Shown here one piece after another: positions 40,872 to 54,907 of a DNA stretch of 64,000 bases. The stretch is taken from the NCBI GenBank assembly GCA_000165425.1, contig CT868016.1, positions 62,001 through 126,000 of the forward strand, in the 5' to 3' direction. The translations under genes and the position numbers were made by a program. Origin of the DNA: Paramecium tetraurelia (lineage: Eukaryota). Below the pieces are notes generated by a model, which worked only from the letters and a program-made list of their open reading frames with translations, did not search any database and was not told the DNA's origin. Within the stretch, counting starts at the first letter, position 1, and each line of letters opens with the position of its first letter.

Positions 40872-41878
40872 TACTCAATTAAAAAAATATTGTATATGAT
40901 AAGGAATAAGATAAATAAAAAAATAATAATCAATTATTTTGTGAATTTTAAATTATTCTCAATAAACATGATAATTCAGAGTTAAATATTCCAATTTCAA
41001 AATAAGTTGAACCCAAAAAGAACTCTGAAAAATAATGGATACTTCAAAGGGATTCAAATAATTAATAAGTGCATAAAGAACTTCCTAAAATTGTTTTAGG
41101 AATTCCAGAATTCAAAGTAAAAAAGACGGCTAGCACAAACGTTCAAGAAACATAAAGTTATCGTTAGGAGGACTCTTTTGAAATTGATTTAGTATTAATT
41201 GATGATAGTGAATAAAAGCTAAAAGAGGGAGAAAAATAGATAGATATGGAAAAATTATAAGGACCTTGTGCATCGGATGTCAAAATTACGCAATAGCCTT
41301 ACCAAAACAATTAATAAAAGAAGGGAAGGGTTGTAAAATCAGTTCTGATTGCAAAAACAAACCAACTTATTACTGAAACTTTTTCTAAGACAGAGAAATA
41401 ATTCATCTCTGAGGTATAAGATGAATAACCAAAAAGATAAGTTGAATTGCCTCAAGGACTTACTTTAAATCAGTTGTTATAATTGGAACCGAAGACATAA
41501 TCAAATTAAAAAACTCCTACTAAGTAATAAGCATAACAAGACATATAAAAATAATAATAAGAAAACAAAATCATAGAAAATACGACTTACAGGTGTTGCC
41601 TGCCAATAATACAAAAATTATAAGATTTTGAAGTCTAATAACTTGAACATAATCTCTTGAATATTGAAATGGTCTAATATGATATGGATTTAATTGAAAT
41701 CAGATTTCAAAAATTAATTATTGAGATAATAGAATCTCATCATTTAATGATGGGAAAATTATTATTTAAATGCATATATGACAATGGAATGAAATATTAT
41801 GTGGAATATGATAAATTGAAAACATACTGTCCAACATTATTATTAGATTACATGATAGTAAATTCAATATTAATATGA
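40024..41878 (+). CDS. HP1-like protein: N-terminal chromodomain, long hinge, C-terminal chromo shadow-like domain
   Basis: YEVEFVYGKK...YAVKWLGWAKSQMTWEP (aromatic cage Y/W/W) and a C-terminus LLFKCIYDNG...LKTYCPTLLLDYM. Introns of 25 and 28 nt; frame change near 40830. Confidence 0.85.
40818..40867 (+). repeat. TAA microsatellite (poly-Gln in code 6) in the HP1-like hinge
   Basis: (TAA)n runs on both sides of atggaa. Confidence 0.9.
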
Positions 41879-42951
41879 TTTATGAATTTTTTCAATATAA
41901 ATTCTAATTGAGTTGATTAAAATTGCAATCAAACCGAACTAATTTACTTTCATATCCATTAATTTATTTACAATGATTCCTGTCATACTATTATAATATA
42001 AGAATATAATAATAGTAAGTGATAAATAGGTCAAGGCACTTAGATATTTTCCTCCTTCCACTTATAATTTTTCCTGTTCCTTTGTTACATGCTCATAGAG
42101 TCGTTTAACTCTATTCGCCTTCTTTTGAATTATTGAATTTCCAAAATAAAGAATCACCAAAAGTATATGCAATTAACATATTACTAATGCATATATTGGA
42201 ACTGGTATTTAATAAAAATTAAAAATAAATTAGAGTAAATCGAAAGGGGGTATATTATTGAAGATGGCGTAGAATTCATATAGCACACTTATAGAAAAAT
42301 AAATTGTGTTTATTGTAATGTACAATTTCTTTAGGAGATTGAGCAATGTTTTTAACTTTTATGCTCTGACTTCTGATCTTCTTAACATCAGATTCCTTTT
42401 CATTATTAACCCCTCGCTTTCTAAATCACCATAATAATCTTTATTCTTTTCAAAATGCTATTTTATTCCAACAATAAGGATAGTAGAACCTTAGTAAATT
42501 TATAAGAGTCCTTGTACAGAAATAAAGCAATATTGAAAATCCTCATAGGTTTAATTGGTAAAGAAAAAAAGAACCATAACAATTAATGGCAATAAGAGTT
42601 TTCTTCTATAATACCTAAGAATATTAAAAAGTGGTACCATAAAGAAGATTCTTAGTGTTTTTAGGTCGAAAGTCCAAATCTCTTTCTTATTTATTCTTAT
42701 TCTTCTAAGTAATTAAATCTATTCAATCTAAGATGAATGGTCTCTATAACAAATTATTACCAAGCAGCTTAACCAAATAAAATTGACATTAAAAATTCCT
42801 CATTCCATTTCAAACAAACAGATACAACCAATATCAATAGAAGGAAAGTATGCACGGCTATCGCAACTTTGGTGACTATACCTATTTGTTTATTTCTTAA
42901 TTATCTCTGCATTATAAATAGGGATAGACCTATTAAGAATAATAATTTCAT
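41864..42951 (-). CDS. Hypothetical multi-pass membrane protein (~354 aa)
   Basis: ATG 42951 with one 23-nt intron (gtaccact...ttag) and at least 6 hydrophobic segments. The 3' end is uncertain; an alternative last intron would stop it near 41920. Confidence 0.7.
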
Positions 42952-43064
42952 TAATTATAAAATTATAATTAAATTCATGATTGTAATTGTATTTTTTTCA
43001 ATAACAAGGGATAACTTCGTATTTATAAAAAGTGTAATGGGAATATATGAATTGACAATAAATT

Positions 43065-45109
43065 TCAATTTTATAAGCATCCTTCAATTTTTGGTTACAG
43101 TTATTCCATTGGTTCTGAATGTTCCTTAAATTTATCGAAGTTACATTCTTAATTTTATAAAGAATCTAAATCTGTTTCAAGTTATTATTATAAAGGTTCA
43201 ACTTATTCCTATTATTATAAAAGTTGTTATTATTAGACAAATTCTTCTTACTTTTCTTATTATTATTCTTCTTATTATTATTTTTATTATTATTATAATT
43301 TTTTTTCTTTTTCTCTTTTGATTTCTTAAGCTTTTTCATATCTTGTTAATGGCTTACTTCCTTGATTTTCAGGATTTGGTTCCAAAAAATCTTAGATCTA
43401 ACCAGTGCTAATATAATAATAAAATGCCTTAAGGACTCTTGGGATTTATTCTTTATTGTTAATATACCTAGGTTATAATGCAATTTTACTTGAAGACATT
43501 TTTGATATATGGGTCAAATTTAAAAATAGTTTATTTAGCAATATTGATTGCTAAATAAGTTTTAAAGTTAGCTAAAGTCTTAAAAGGGGAATTTGTTAAT
43601 CTACTTCTGGGATTAAGGAGGTGATAATCAAGAAAGGCATTTACGATTCCAACTCCAACTTCTTCGTAATCTTCTATTGTAAAGAACTTGGATTTGGGAT
43701 AAGTTGTATACAAAGTTCCCAAAATGTCATTTTCCTCTAAGTTGTTTTCTTTGTATGAATTATCTAATGAATTAATATACGTAATACCTTCAGATTACTT
43801 ATAAGTTAAATTTGTAAGCCTGCCTGTATTGTAATTGCATTCAAGAGTATAACTATGAATGATTCCACATGTCTTAAAGAGGGCTACTCTGCCTGAACCT
43901 TCTTTACTGAGTCCGTCTCCTTTATCTGCAGAGTACATGTTCTTCTCTGTAAAATTACAAGCATCATAATCAAAGATCTAAGAATACAAGGTCATTAATT
44001 TAGGAATTGCACAATTTTAGACCTATTTGCTTAATTGATTGAGTTAATTCCCATAAATAAATGCTCCCTTATGATTAGCATGAGCATGTAAGTCAATATA
44101 TCCAAGGAATCGATCTGTTTTATGAAGTCTGATTAGATATTCTTTGATTGCATAAATTGTTGGATGATCCTCTTTGGAAGGCGATAAATAATAGCGATTA
44201 AGATTCTAACAGAGCGAATCAGTTCTGTAATGTCCTCTATAAACTCCATCAGGATTAATTATGGGAACAAAGCACCAAACAAAATTGTCTCTGGCAGCCA
44301 TAGCGACAGGATCATTTGGAGTTAAGAGATATTTGATAAGTCCATTTAGAACAAAAGAACTAGGCACCTCTCCTGGATGAACACGAGCAGAGATGAATAT
44401 ATGAGGCTTTTTAAAAACAGCTGGTCTTGTTTAAGGGAAAATTCCAGGCAATGGTTATTCTTGAATTTCTGAGGAGCCATTTGTGATTGTAATCAAATTG
44501 ATAGGTCTACCTTCTTTGGAATATGAGAGTATGGAATTATCATAATAAATATTCGGGATTTAAAGAGAGATAGTATAACAATGTTGTAGAAAATCCTAAG
44601 ATATTGAATTGAGGTTACTTCATTGTCTTGACAACTCCACGGATAGAAAAATGCAAAATACACTGTTTCATGATTAGGAAGCATGTGTTAGAAAGAGATT
44701 TCAAATTATTTTTCTGCTACTAGTCGATATTGACAGGGTTCTTTAATCCTTTCCCATTGAGTGGAATTAGAAGTTCTAAAAACTGGTTGCATACCTTCTT
44801 TAAATAATACGATCTTTAATAGCATATTGCATTACTTAATTTTGCATATTAGCTATTACAAAAGTGATAGCTTCTTCAGACTTAGCAGATACCGAGAAGT
44901 AGAACCAGGTTCTGTAATTAGTGGTTTTTCCATTGATTCCCCAATCACTTGAGATTTGGAGGATATACTTATGATTTGATTATTGAATTATTTCATACTT
45001 TTCCATCTTCATAGCTAACACTTTTTAAATTGCCTGAATCAAATGCGCTTGAGAAAGTGATGTCATTAATTGTTTAAGTAATCTAGGAGGGATATTCCGG
45101 GTTATTCAT
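43065..45109 (-). CDS. CCP5: Cytosolic carboxypeptidase (M14D, CCP5/AGBL5-like tubulin deglutamylase)
   Basis: [65 protein letters not shown]. Five short introns give 1923 nt. Confidence 0.92.
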
Positions 45110-45154
45110 ATTTCAAATTAATTATTATTTTTTATAAAGCTTAATTACAAATAT

Positions 45155-47111
45155 TCACTAGAGTTTTGATTTTAGAATGTACAACGCCATAAATGCAAAT
45201 ATTCTAAATAGGAATATGAACCCTATCAAGACATAGATGCAAGTCCAAGTGCCAAACTTAAAATCGTACAGGTCGATTGGATCGACTTCATATAATTAAT
45301 CTTTAAATTCTACTCTGGACAGAACTTCAAATGAATATGTAATTGGACTTGTGTATTGGATCCATCTGGTCCATGAATAGAAGAATTTAGGGTTTGCGAA
45401 AAAGCCAGAGAATAACACATAAGGTAGTAGAGTATAAGGGGCAATTCCAAGAATGGCTTTCAAATCACTAAATATACAGCCAATCAACATTCCTAAAATT
45501 AGATGTTTGAATATACCTAAGCCACTAGCCCAATTGTATATGAGGATTGATACAAACAAGTGCATAATCACTGCTTCAGTTGTATTGTGATATCCGCACA
45601 TCCAATAGGATATAAGTTCTTGTAAAATAGGAAGCACTATGCATAAGGGAATTTCAAGTATTTGCTTGCCTATAAAGTAGGAGGAAATCGAGTATAATTT
45701 AGAACTCTCCTCTCTTAAGAATATTTCCCTCTCCACTGGAAATGTTAGTATGATAGCCAAAACTGCAGAGATTACAAGATTGAACACACAAAAGAAGAGA
45801 GCTAAAAAGATCATAATGTATATTTACATCCAGATATTCCCATTAAATCAGACACAGAACCTTCATTATCAGCAACCTTCCAAAATACTCCTCCAAGTAA
45901 CAACCCTTGGACGATTGTTTAAAATATTCTGATATAAAATTATAGAGGATCTCTTGTAAAAGCCAAGAGATTTCTATTTGCAATTTATTTTATTTGTTAA
46001 ATCTAAGTGATTTCTATCACTTTTAAAGGCAACAACAGATTATCGCCATTGGTTATTTACTACATTACATTCGGATGACAATTTTGATCATAATATTAGA
46101 ACATCTTATTGAAGTGCTTTTAGTTTTCCAAGTTTTCTACTTACATCAAACTTAAGTAATAATCCATCGGATTAGAGGATTGAGGACAAGTAAATCCCAA
46201 ATTTTAAAAATGATCAATAATCTTATTTTAAAATTTATAATTACATTGCTTTTTTGGCCTTGATAAATAAATTTACCCCCAACTAGAAGCATTATTCTAT
46301 CGAACAATTAGAATATGTCTGTACTGGGGGAGTGGATGGTGAAAATAACAGTTCGATCCTACTAACTTGCTAATTGCTTTAATTCATTGCTGAGTAATAT
46401 TATAAATTGATACATTATAGCAAATGCAGTGAATGAATCTAATCCAGACGTAGGCTCATCCAACAAGATACATGCAGGATTAGATACTAGTTCATAGCCT
46501 ATTGATGTTCTCTTTCTCTCACCTCCGGATATACCTTTGAATGTAATTCCTCCAATTAATGCATTTTAACATTTCTCTAATTTCATACTTTTTAGAGTTT
46601 CTGTAACTCTCTGCATTTGAGTTGTGGGATCTGAAAATTTCATGCTAGCTGCAAATGTAAAAGCTTCCTTTGGAGTCATGGTTTCCATTAGAATATCATT
46701 TTGCATAATGTAAGAGGCGAATAAACAGAATTTCTCATAATCGTATTCTTGATGATTGGCTAATACTCTTCCTCTTAATTAAGATTCACTATTTTTTGGA
46801 ACTCTACAAGCTAGAATATTTAAGAGAGTTGTTTTGCCAGCTCCTGAACTTCCTAAGATGGCAGTAACCTATCCTCCTGGACAGATACCAGTCAATCCTT
46901 TTAGAATTGGTTTGTTTTCTTAAGATTAGGTTATCACAATACCTCTTTGTTAGCTTTTTGGGTCCATGACTCTGACCGAATACTCTATATTTTCAAATGA
47001 TAAGTCGACCAGATTGTTGGTTTTGAGGGATTTAGATGTTGAGGTCTAGTTATTTGAGTTTAGTAGTTGGATCCCTGGTATATTTTAAGGAAAAACTCGA
47101 GTGATTTTCAT
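45155..47111 (-). CDS. ABCG half transporter, paralog of 21052..22917
   Basis: [27 protein letters not shown] and [15 protein letters not shown]. Several short introns. Confidence 0.95.
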
Positions 47112-47244
47112 TTGGTTTATAAAATTAAATTTATTAAGAAATTCTTCTAATTCTTTGTTCTTAAGAATTGAAAAAATGAAACTGAAAACTGATAAAAGCT
47201 GATGAAAATATATTATTAAATTTTTATATAATAAATATAATAAA

Positions 47245-48656
47245 TCATGCTTATTTACAAAACTTCTTTTAAATTAAATCGTTGAATTACAATGGGTCAA
47301 TCATTAAATTATTAGGAAGTAAGAATGGTGTATTCTTATTGTTAAGTAACAACTCAAGAGATATTTAAGGCAAAAACTTGTATTGGTTCAGAAGTTACTG
47401 CTATTACTATTGTTGTTATTACTATTAGACCGAGATGTCTGGTTTGGTGGTTGGATAGTTCTCCTTGACTTTGATTTCATCCTAAAATCGATTTGCAGAC
47501 AATACTTTATTGAGATTGATAAGGAGAGATGTGAACTGTTGGGGAGTCATTTGAGCAGTCATTTCATCGATTTGATCATCCAATTGCTACTGACAGATCC
47601 TGAGGTCTTTGGATTTGCATTTCATTTGTTTGATAAGACTAAAGATATGCACTCCATATTTACTAAGAAAAAGAGCGCTTGTGCTCCAGGATGCGTCTCA
47701 CGATGTGGATGATAGTGTTCTGCATTTTCTCTTCGCTGCATCCAGTGATTTCTTTGAATTGCTTGACATACTCATGCAATTCTTCATCTTCAAGCAGTTG
47801 AACTGAATTAATCTTTTAAAATTATACAATTTTTAGTGAGACAATTACTTCCAAAGAGTAGAGTCCCGTAATTACCATCCATCAAAATACGGGCTACATT
47901 CTAAAAGCAATATCTAATGTATTGCTTTCGTTTTGAACCTGTGGCACTAAACTTCAACTTGTATGAGTCAGTGAGTAAAGCCTGCATCTCCTGTCCCTCA
48001 GTGGTCTCAGGGTCTTTGCTTTGCAATTAATCGAATATCTGAGCCTGCTCGATGATCATTCCTTTGAAACATTGATTGTGTTCAATGATGTTGTGGATGT
48101 GCTTGAATGTGATCTCTGTCTGTTATCGGAGTCCCTCGATCTGTCCATTCAAATCCTCGACTTTCTTCTCCAACAACCCAATGTATAGCTTCTTCCTTTA
48201 TCTCGAATTTCTAGCACTTTCCCGATTTTTCTGCATCTTTAAATCCTCATTGTCCAACTATTTGGAAGAGTTCGAAGACACGTTATCCTTGACTCTTTTT
48301 GAAGGAAGCAGTTTCTCTTTGTCCTCCTCCATACTTACATTGAGGAGAGAACTGATTTTCTTTATATAGGCATTCTTCACATTCCCCTTTATATTCTGTA
48401 GACACAAGACATCATCTTTTAAGGAGGCCTACGAATCATTCTTGATCATCTGTCTGTCCTCCTATTTAATTTCAGCAGAACTTCTGACTCTCTTCACTTG
48501 GTTCTCAAGATTGGATATTACTCCGTATGGCAAAAAGGGCATAAAATTCTATTACTATGCTGGTTTCTTCTGAATTATATTATAAATAATTACCTCCTCG
48601 ATATCAAGCATATAATGTTCTGGATATTCACAATCCACCTTATTATTGGAATTCAT
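47245..48656 (-). CDS. bZIP transcription factor
   Basis: Basic region KMQKNRESARNSRQRKKLYI followed by leucine heptads LLEKKVEDLNGQIEGLRQQ. 26-nt first intron; Q-rich tail. Confidence 0.9.
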
Positions 48657-49270
48657 AATTATTTATAATACCTATTTATTATATAATGACGTCTAAGAAT
48701 TAAAATATACAATCACAATCCACCATAAAATTAATTGATAATATATACTACGGAATATGATTCAAAGACGTATTAATTATTTTTAAATTTTAATAAAAAT
48801 TGAAAACAACAAACTTTTGTGTGGATACGTATTGTTACTCCCTTCAAAATCCTCATAAATCTCAACTTCACTAAAAGTCCAAATCCAAAATTAATAGTTC
48901 ATAATAAAATTGTAAGAAGCTGTTATGTGGAAATAAATGCATACTCATTTTGTCTCTTACTTTTATTTGATGTGAATATTGGAAATCAGAAATCCCTGTG
49001 TAACCAATAAGTATGCAATATGCAAAATGCAATTATATGTGTAATGCTTTGTGAATCAATAGTTTGATAGTTTGAGGTAGGAGGGCTAGGATGTTTCTGA
49101 GTAAATTAAATTTTAATTCAGCAGAAAAAATAGAGGAAAATAAAATGGTTATTCAAAACTAATTATTATTGATTGGACAGTACTTGGTTTAAGGATAGCA
49201 AATTTCTTGGAATATTTAGATTGACTTTATAAAATTAATTATACTATAAAATTTGAATTCAAATTTATAT

Positions 49271-52200
49271 ATGAACAACTCACCAATAAGAAATCAGTCT
49301 TATTACTAAGATAAAATTAGATACCAGAGATCGCCTTATTCTGATAAAGAAAATATGATGAGTGAAGTTAATTAGAGTCAATAGACACTCTAAAGGGATG
49401 CGATCGAAATATTGAATGATGTTGCAGAGACATCAAAAATTGATGAGTCGGTTTTAGACAGTAACCTTACTTTGTTTGAAAAGATTACTCATCACAAATG
49501 GTAAATAAGAAGATTGGTCTTAATGAATTTAACAGAGGAATATTAAAAGAACCAGACTGTTTATGAATTTCAATCATCATGGCTGAAAAATATTATTAAT
49601 GATAGCAATTAATTCGCAATGACAGAGGGTCTTAAATTTATATAGGTATTTGTTAGAAGTTAACAAATGAATTACCACATATTACCCTACTTTATTGGAG
49701 ATCTCATTGAAAGAGGCTCCTTTGTTAAGTCTCAAATCCAAGATCTTGTCATTGAAATATTATTGCAATGTTGTAAAACAGTACAAGACACCGGTTTCAT
49801 CCTCTCAGAGATCCATAAAAAAATAGAAGCCAAACACCCTAAGATTATGACTCTCTGTTTGACAATCATAGAGAGGATTCTTGAATTATAACCCAATCAA
49901 CTAGTTAAGTATGTATATTGAGCTAATTAATTTAGAGATTAAATAAGAGATTTTATTGAATTATGTGTCTCGTTAGTTTCACATACGAATAAAGTAATAA
50001 GATAAAAATCAATCAATATCTTTTGCAAGCTGTTTCAAATGATTTCAGAGAGTTTTGAATAGGTCAAGAAGACTTATTTAGACAAGCGATTGAGACAAAT
50101 TCAAATTAAAGAGTTGGAATAATTATGCAGCAAAATCACAAAAAAAACATAGAAAATTGAAATTCAATCGACATAACCTGTTATTCAGATCATAGATTTA
50201 CATACATTGTTGCCAGATAAATTCTTTGAAATGCCCTATTATAAACACAATGAAAAGAAGAACATAACTGAACAATTTGCTAAGAATTTAGAGAAGTATG
50301 ATGGAGACATTGATAACTCTAAAGATTATGGGAGTATTTATGCAATTATCATAACCTTGCTTGAAGAGAGCAATTATTTAATATATAGTTAGGGGATGAG
50401 ATGCGTTAAGGGATTGGTCAGATTGTTGAGAAGAGGAATCCCTTAACCAGTGGCCAAACATTTCTTTATTTTGATTTTGGATAAATTGAAAGGTTCATTG
50501 TCCAAGCCTTTATAATCAGCTGTATTTAATCTTTTGGAAGACATACTTATATATGAAAACATCTCCTGTGATCAATTCATGGAACTAATGATTAATTAAT
50601 TAGAATCTTCAAAAAACATAGGATTGAAAGTAGCTTGTGCAAGGTGGTTTAAAGATGGTTGGCTAGCCTTGGCATTGGCTGTATAGACAGGGTCATATGA
50701 ATCATCTGATTCTGAGGTACTCAAGAAATTTGCTCAGTCTAATTGCGATAAAATATCGAAATCTCTTCTTGTTCTTTATAAGAAGGTGTAAGCAATCTTG
50801 AAAAAAGAGAACAATCTCAATTACAAGAAAGTCTTATTGGATTTAATTAATTCAATGCAATGTGATGAACAGAATCTCTAGGTTACTGTTATTGAATCAT
50901 AGATTGCAATTGTAAATCCTTAATTTGATTTACAAGAATCTAGGATCACTGATAAATAATCAAGAAAACAATAAATAAATTCAGTAAAGAGTAGGTATTA
51001 AACTGATGAAGATTTATGTGAATTTGCTTAGATCGGAGAAGATATGTAGAATTTTAATTAAGCGAATAAAAACAGATAAAGCATAGAATTACCTACATCT
51101 CAATTGAACAGAGAACAAACAGAGTTCATGAGTAAATTTAGTAGTGATCTCACTTAATTAAGAAAATTGTCATAAAACAATTAAGATCAACAAATCTAAA
51201 ATAAAATCGAAGAAATTTTACACTCATTCAAAACTCATTACTCAGATAAAAATATTACAAGCAATGATTTCTTATAATAAATGACAAGCAATATAATTAT
51301 GGAATTGGTTCATTTCTGTAAGAAAGTTTAGGTCTAAAAAAAGCTAATTGCTGATAAATTGTATGACTTCATCATTTCATTATTAATCAAAATGAATAAA
51401 ATCTAAGTGACATTGGATCAAGAAATGCTCTATCAAGAATATAAGATATGTTTGATCCAATTAAATCAATTAGACATTCAAAAACTATTGCCACTTCTAG
51501 AGAGCTTGTACATTTGTAATTCATTAGAGAGTATGATCAAAATTGGTTACAGGATAACTAACAAGTATCTCTAAAAATAAACAAACAGCAATATTAAGAT
51601 CTTTTAAGCATTTATTAATTGGATTACATAAAAAATTAATGCTGCGACTTAACAACAATTAGATCCTTCATTCATAAGGACGTCTTATAAGACTTTTGAA
51701 ACCACCTTTAAAATGTTCCCATAAACATAAATAGATATAAGATTATTACTAAATGCTTTCAGAAGTCGAATGGTAAATCAACAAGTTGAATAATTGGATC
51801 AGTATTAGGATTTATTAAATCAATCATAAAGGAAGTCTAAATCTAAATCATTTGGATCCTAATCTAGGTTTTCACCTTACGAAACACCAAACAAAACATA
51901 AAGTAAATTAGAGTTTTCTGATTCTGAAGAGTAAGAGAGTTTAGAATCATTACTATAAATAGAATAATAGATTTCTACACAATTTACTTTATAGGCGTTA
52001 GATAAATTTATCCATTACTTGAATCGTTATCGAGCCTATTAACTTTCTAATCAATCATAACACACAGTATTCTTAAGTCCAAATTCTAGTTCACCTGGTA
52101 AACATTGGAGAAGAGGCATTGGAAGGGACAACATGATTATAAGTTCTCCAAATAGATAATTATTTGAAAGTACTAAATTTGAAGATTTCACGAGAATTTT

Positions 52201-54158
52201 AGAAATAATTTGTTAAAATTTCACCTTTCAAATTCAAAACCAAGTATTCTAAGTCTTTTATTTGCTCAAACATATCTTTCCAAACAGTCAATAATGTCTG
52301 ATCTACCTTATCTTTGCTTATATTTGTCCAAAGACAGAATATTCTGAAAATTTTGAAGTTTTCCTGAGTACATTCTTATAACTTGATAAAAGCGTTATGG
52401 CATATTAATATAGATAAGCCTTTAATATCTTGTATTAAAAATCAGAAAATGAGAAAGTATTAATAAATTTAATACACACAGGATTCAATTTTCTATTTCA
52501 AAAAATATTCGAAAATGATTTACTAGCATGTATTCAATATTTCATCTCCACTCTAACTTACATGCTCACCTAGAATATGTTTTATTAATTAGCCAACGAT
52601 TTATTAAGCAAATATTAACAATAAACCAACAATTTTAATTAAATAGTAGAGACCGAACTAATTAATTATAAAAAACTATATGATACTTACTTAAGTTGGT
52701 AGATTTAATAACAATAAGCATATGAAAAGCCTCAAATTGACTTTTAAAAACTTTATAAGTAGCAATAGAATGACATATTGATTGTTGATCTCTAGGAAAT
52801 TGATGAATGTGCATCCAAAAGAGAAGAAACTGTTAGAGAAAATGTAAATAATAGTTAATAGGAGAACTTTATCCATATTAACAAAGAAGATTTCGATTTA
52901 TTAGAAAGCACTGCTAAAAACTTTCTTTCTCAGTAAACATAAAGGTATAATGAAGAAGGATCATAACAATAACCAGACATTTTAAATATCTAATAATTCA
53001 TTAGTCCTCTCCAATAAATCAGCCAAATCAGCAATTAAATGCATGATACTGTCATTTAGGATTTAGCAAAGAACCTCTATTCAAATGATACTCATAGACT
53101 AAAAGAGCTAGATATGATCAAACTGCAAAATGAAACCTACCGATAACATAAACGTGATAGTCATAAATAGGTCTTAGAGTCATATCCATAACCACCTTTA
53201 AAGGATCCAATGAAGTAAAAGATAGAGAAGATATATGAAGAAGTTCAAAATGAATCAGTACATGGCAATTTCAATGAAAAAAGTCTACTCGGAGATGTTC
53301 TAGCCCCTATTGACACAACATAATTGTTTGATTAAACTAGAAATATGAAAAGAAATGAATGCATTAAGCAAATGTAAGAAATCTTATTGACATCAACATC
53401 ATTATATTTCGATGTAGCATCAACTCTACTTCTTTAATATGAAAATTTGGATATGGCTGAAGATAAATTGGCATTTATCAATGATCTAAAATTATCTTTG
53501 GTAAATTAAACTTTATTAACCAATATTAATCAACAAAACTTCTCTGTCATCATTGCCATAGTCTTGCGATTATGTACTACTGTAATTTATTATAAATATT
53601 TGAATAGCCTGCTACCTAATCTGAAATCTATAACAGTTCATTAGGATATGATGATAATCAATTGACAAAGTGCTTATAGCAAATTTTAGATGTTCTTTTG
53701 CATTCTAAGGAGACTGAATAGGTCTTGATTTGTTTAGTACATGTTTTTAATGATCATTTGCCTATGGATTTCACAAATGAAATTTCAAAAAGTATTTCAG
53801 TTTTTATATAATTTTCCTAGTTGAAAAAATGATGTTAAGACTAAATTTAAAATGTATCGAAAGATTGATTTAGAATAGCGAAAAATTAAATGTTTTTGGT
53901 ATTTTAATAGAGATATTTAAATTCTTTAAATGCCACCCTCCGGAAAATTTAATAGTAATTATTAAAACTAATATAATTTAGGAAGGTCTACCCTCAATTA
54001 AGGAACTGGAGTTATATTTTAGATAAATGAAGTAAATTACAGACAGTTTATTAAACATCAATCTCAAAGAGGGAAAAGAATTCTTGGATTTTGTTTACAG
54101 AAAAAATAGTAAAAGCATCTTTTTAGATTATGTCAAAAGTGTGATCGAAAAAAAATGA
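49271..54158 (+). CDS. TOG-domain microtubule-associated protein (XMAP215/Dis1/ch-TOG-like)
   Basis: KITHHKWQIRR and NDSNQFAMTEGL (TOG1-like), LLPDKFF...DYGSIY...EESN (TOG2-like), and a helical C-terminal region with EIFKFFKCHP. Several short introns. Confidence 0.75.
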
Positions 54159-54350
54159 TCTTTTTAATAATTAATTTGATTTTCTAACTATTTAGTTATC
54201 ATTTAAATTCTGATAAATCATATGAAAGTCGAATAATCATATTTAAAAGATATGTTCTCAATAAATTGGGTTTAATAAGATAGTAATTAATATTTTTGGA
54301 TGAATTCTAATAGAAGTTATACAATTTTTTTTCGTCTTATTTATAATTTT

Positions 54351-54907
54351 ATGTAATAAATGCTTCATCCAAAAAAGGATACTTAAAGAGGGTCAATAGT
54401 GGGGAATAGTCCTTTAACTCCAAGAAGTTAAACTTCAAGGAAAAGCTCTTAACTGAATAGACAATCTTTCGAGTAATAGGAACTCTATTCTTCAAGGAGA
54501 TTTGGGTTGAATCTAAAAGACCCACAAGTACTGAGCTACTGTTTATTTGATAGAAAGTGGAGGAAATGATCAAAATCAGATAGCAAAGATTACCTCGAAA
54601 AGAAGCAGCAAAGGACGGTGAGAAAGATCTTCGAGAAATATCAAAAGCGTATGATGTATTAAAAAATGCTTTGCCTGAAATAAACAATAATTAGGGAGTG
54701 ATAAAGGATCAAGAACTGCTATAATTTTATAAATAATAGATTGTAATAAATTAAAATCCACGAAAAAATTTTTTTGAGTTCAACACCTATTTTTATAAGA
54801 ATTATTAAGCAAACAATAATGGACCTTGCACAACTCTACCTTAATTGCTAATAAAAAAAGTGGAATCCTTTTAAAACAAATTAGAACAACTTATCAAGGA
54901 TCGATGA
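54351..54907 (+). CDS. Hypothetical basic protein (176 aa)
   Basis: ATG 54351, one 26-nt intron and TGA 54905 give a 531-nt spliced frame. Confidence 0.65.

Noticed and set aside
47383..48369. Plus-strand track ORFs (47383, 47609, 48076) and similar Leu/Phe/Ile-rich ORFs at 7248, 11046, 23468, 26012, 26329, 34405, 37689, 38952, 54349, 56067 and 56996
   Set aside because: They are antisense shadows of real code-6 genes on the other strand.
48790..49110. Long spacer with coding-like composition (also 9700-9960, 17400-17950, 56400-56820 and 61030-61300)
   Set aside because: No coherent gene model or motif was found. These may be relics of lost duplicates but cannot be supported from sequence alone.
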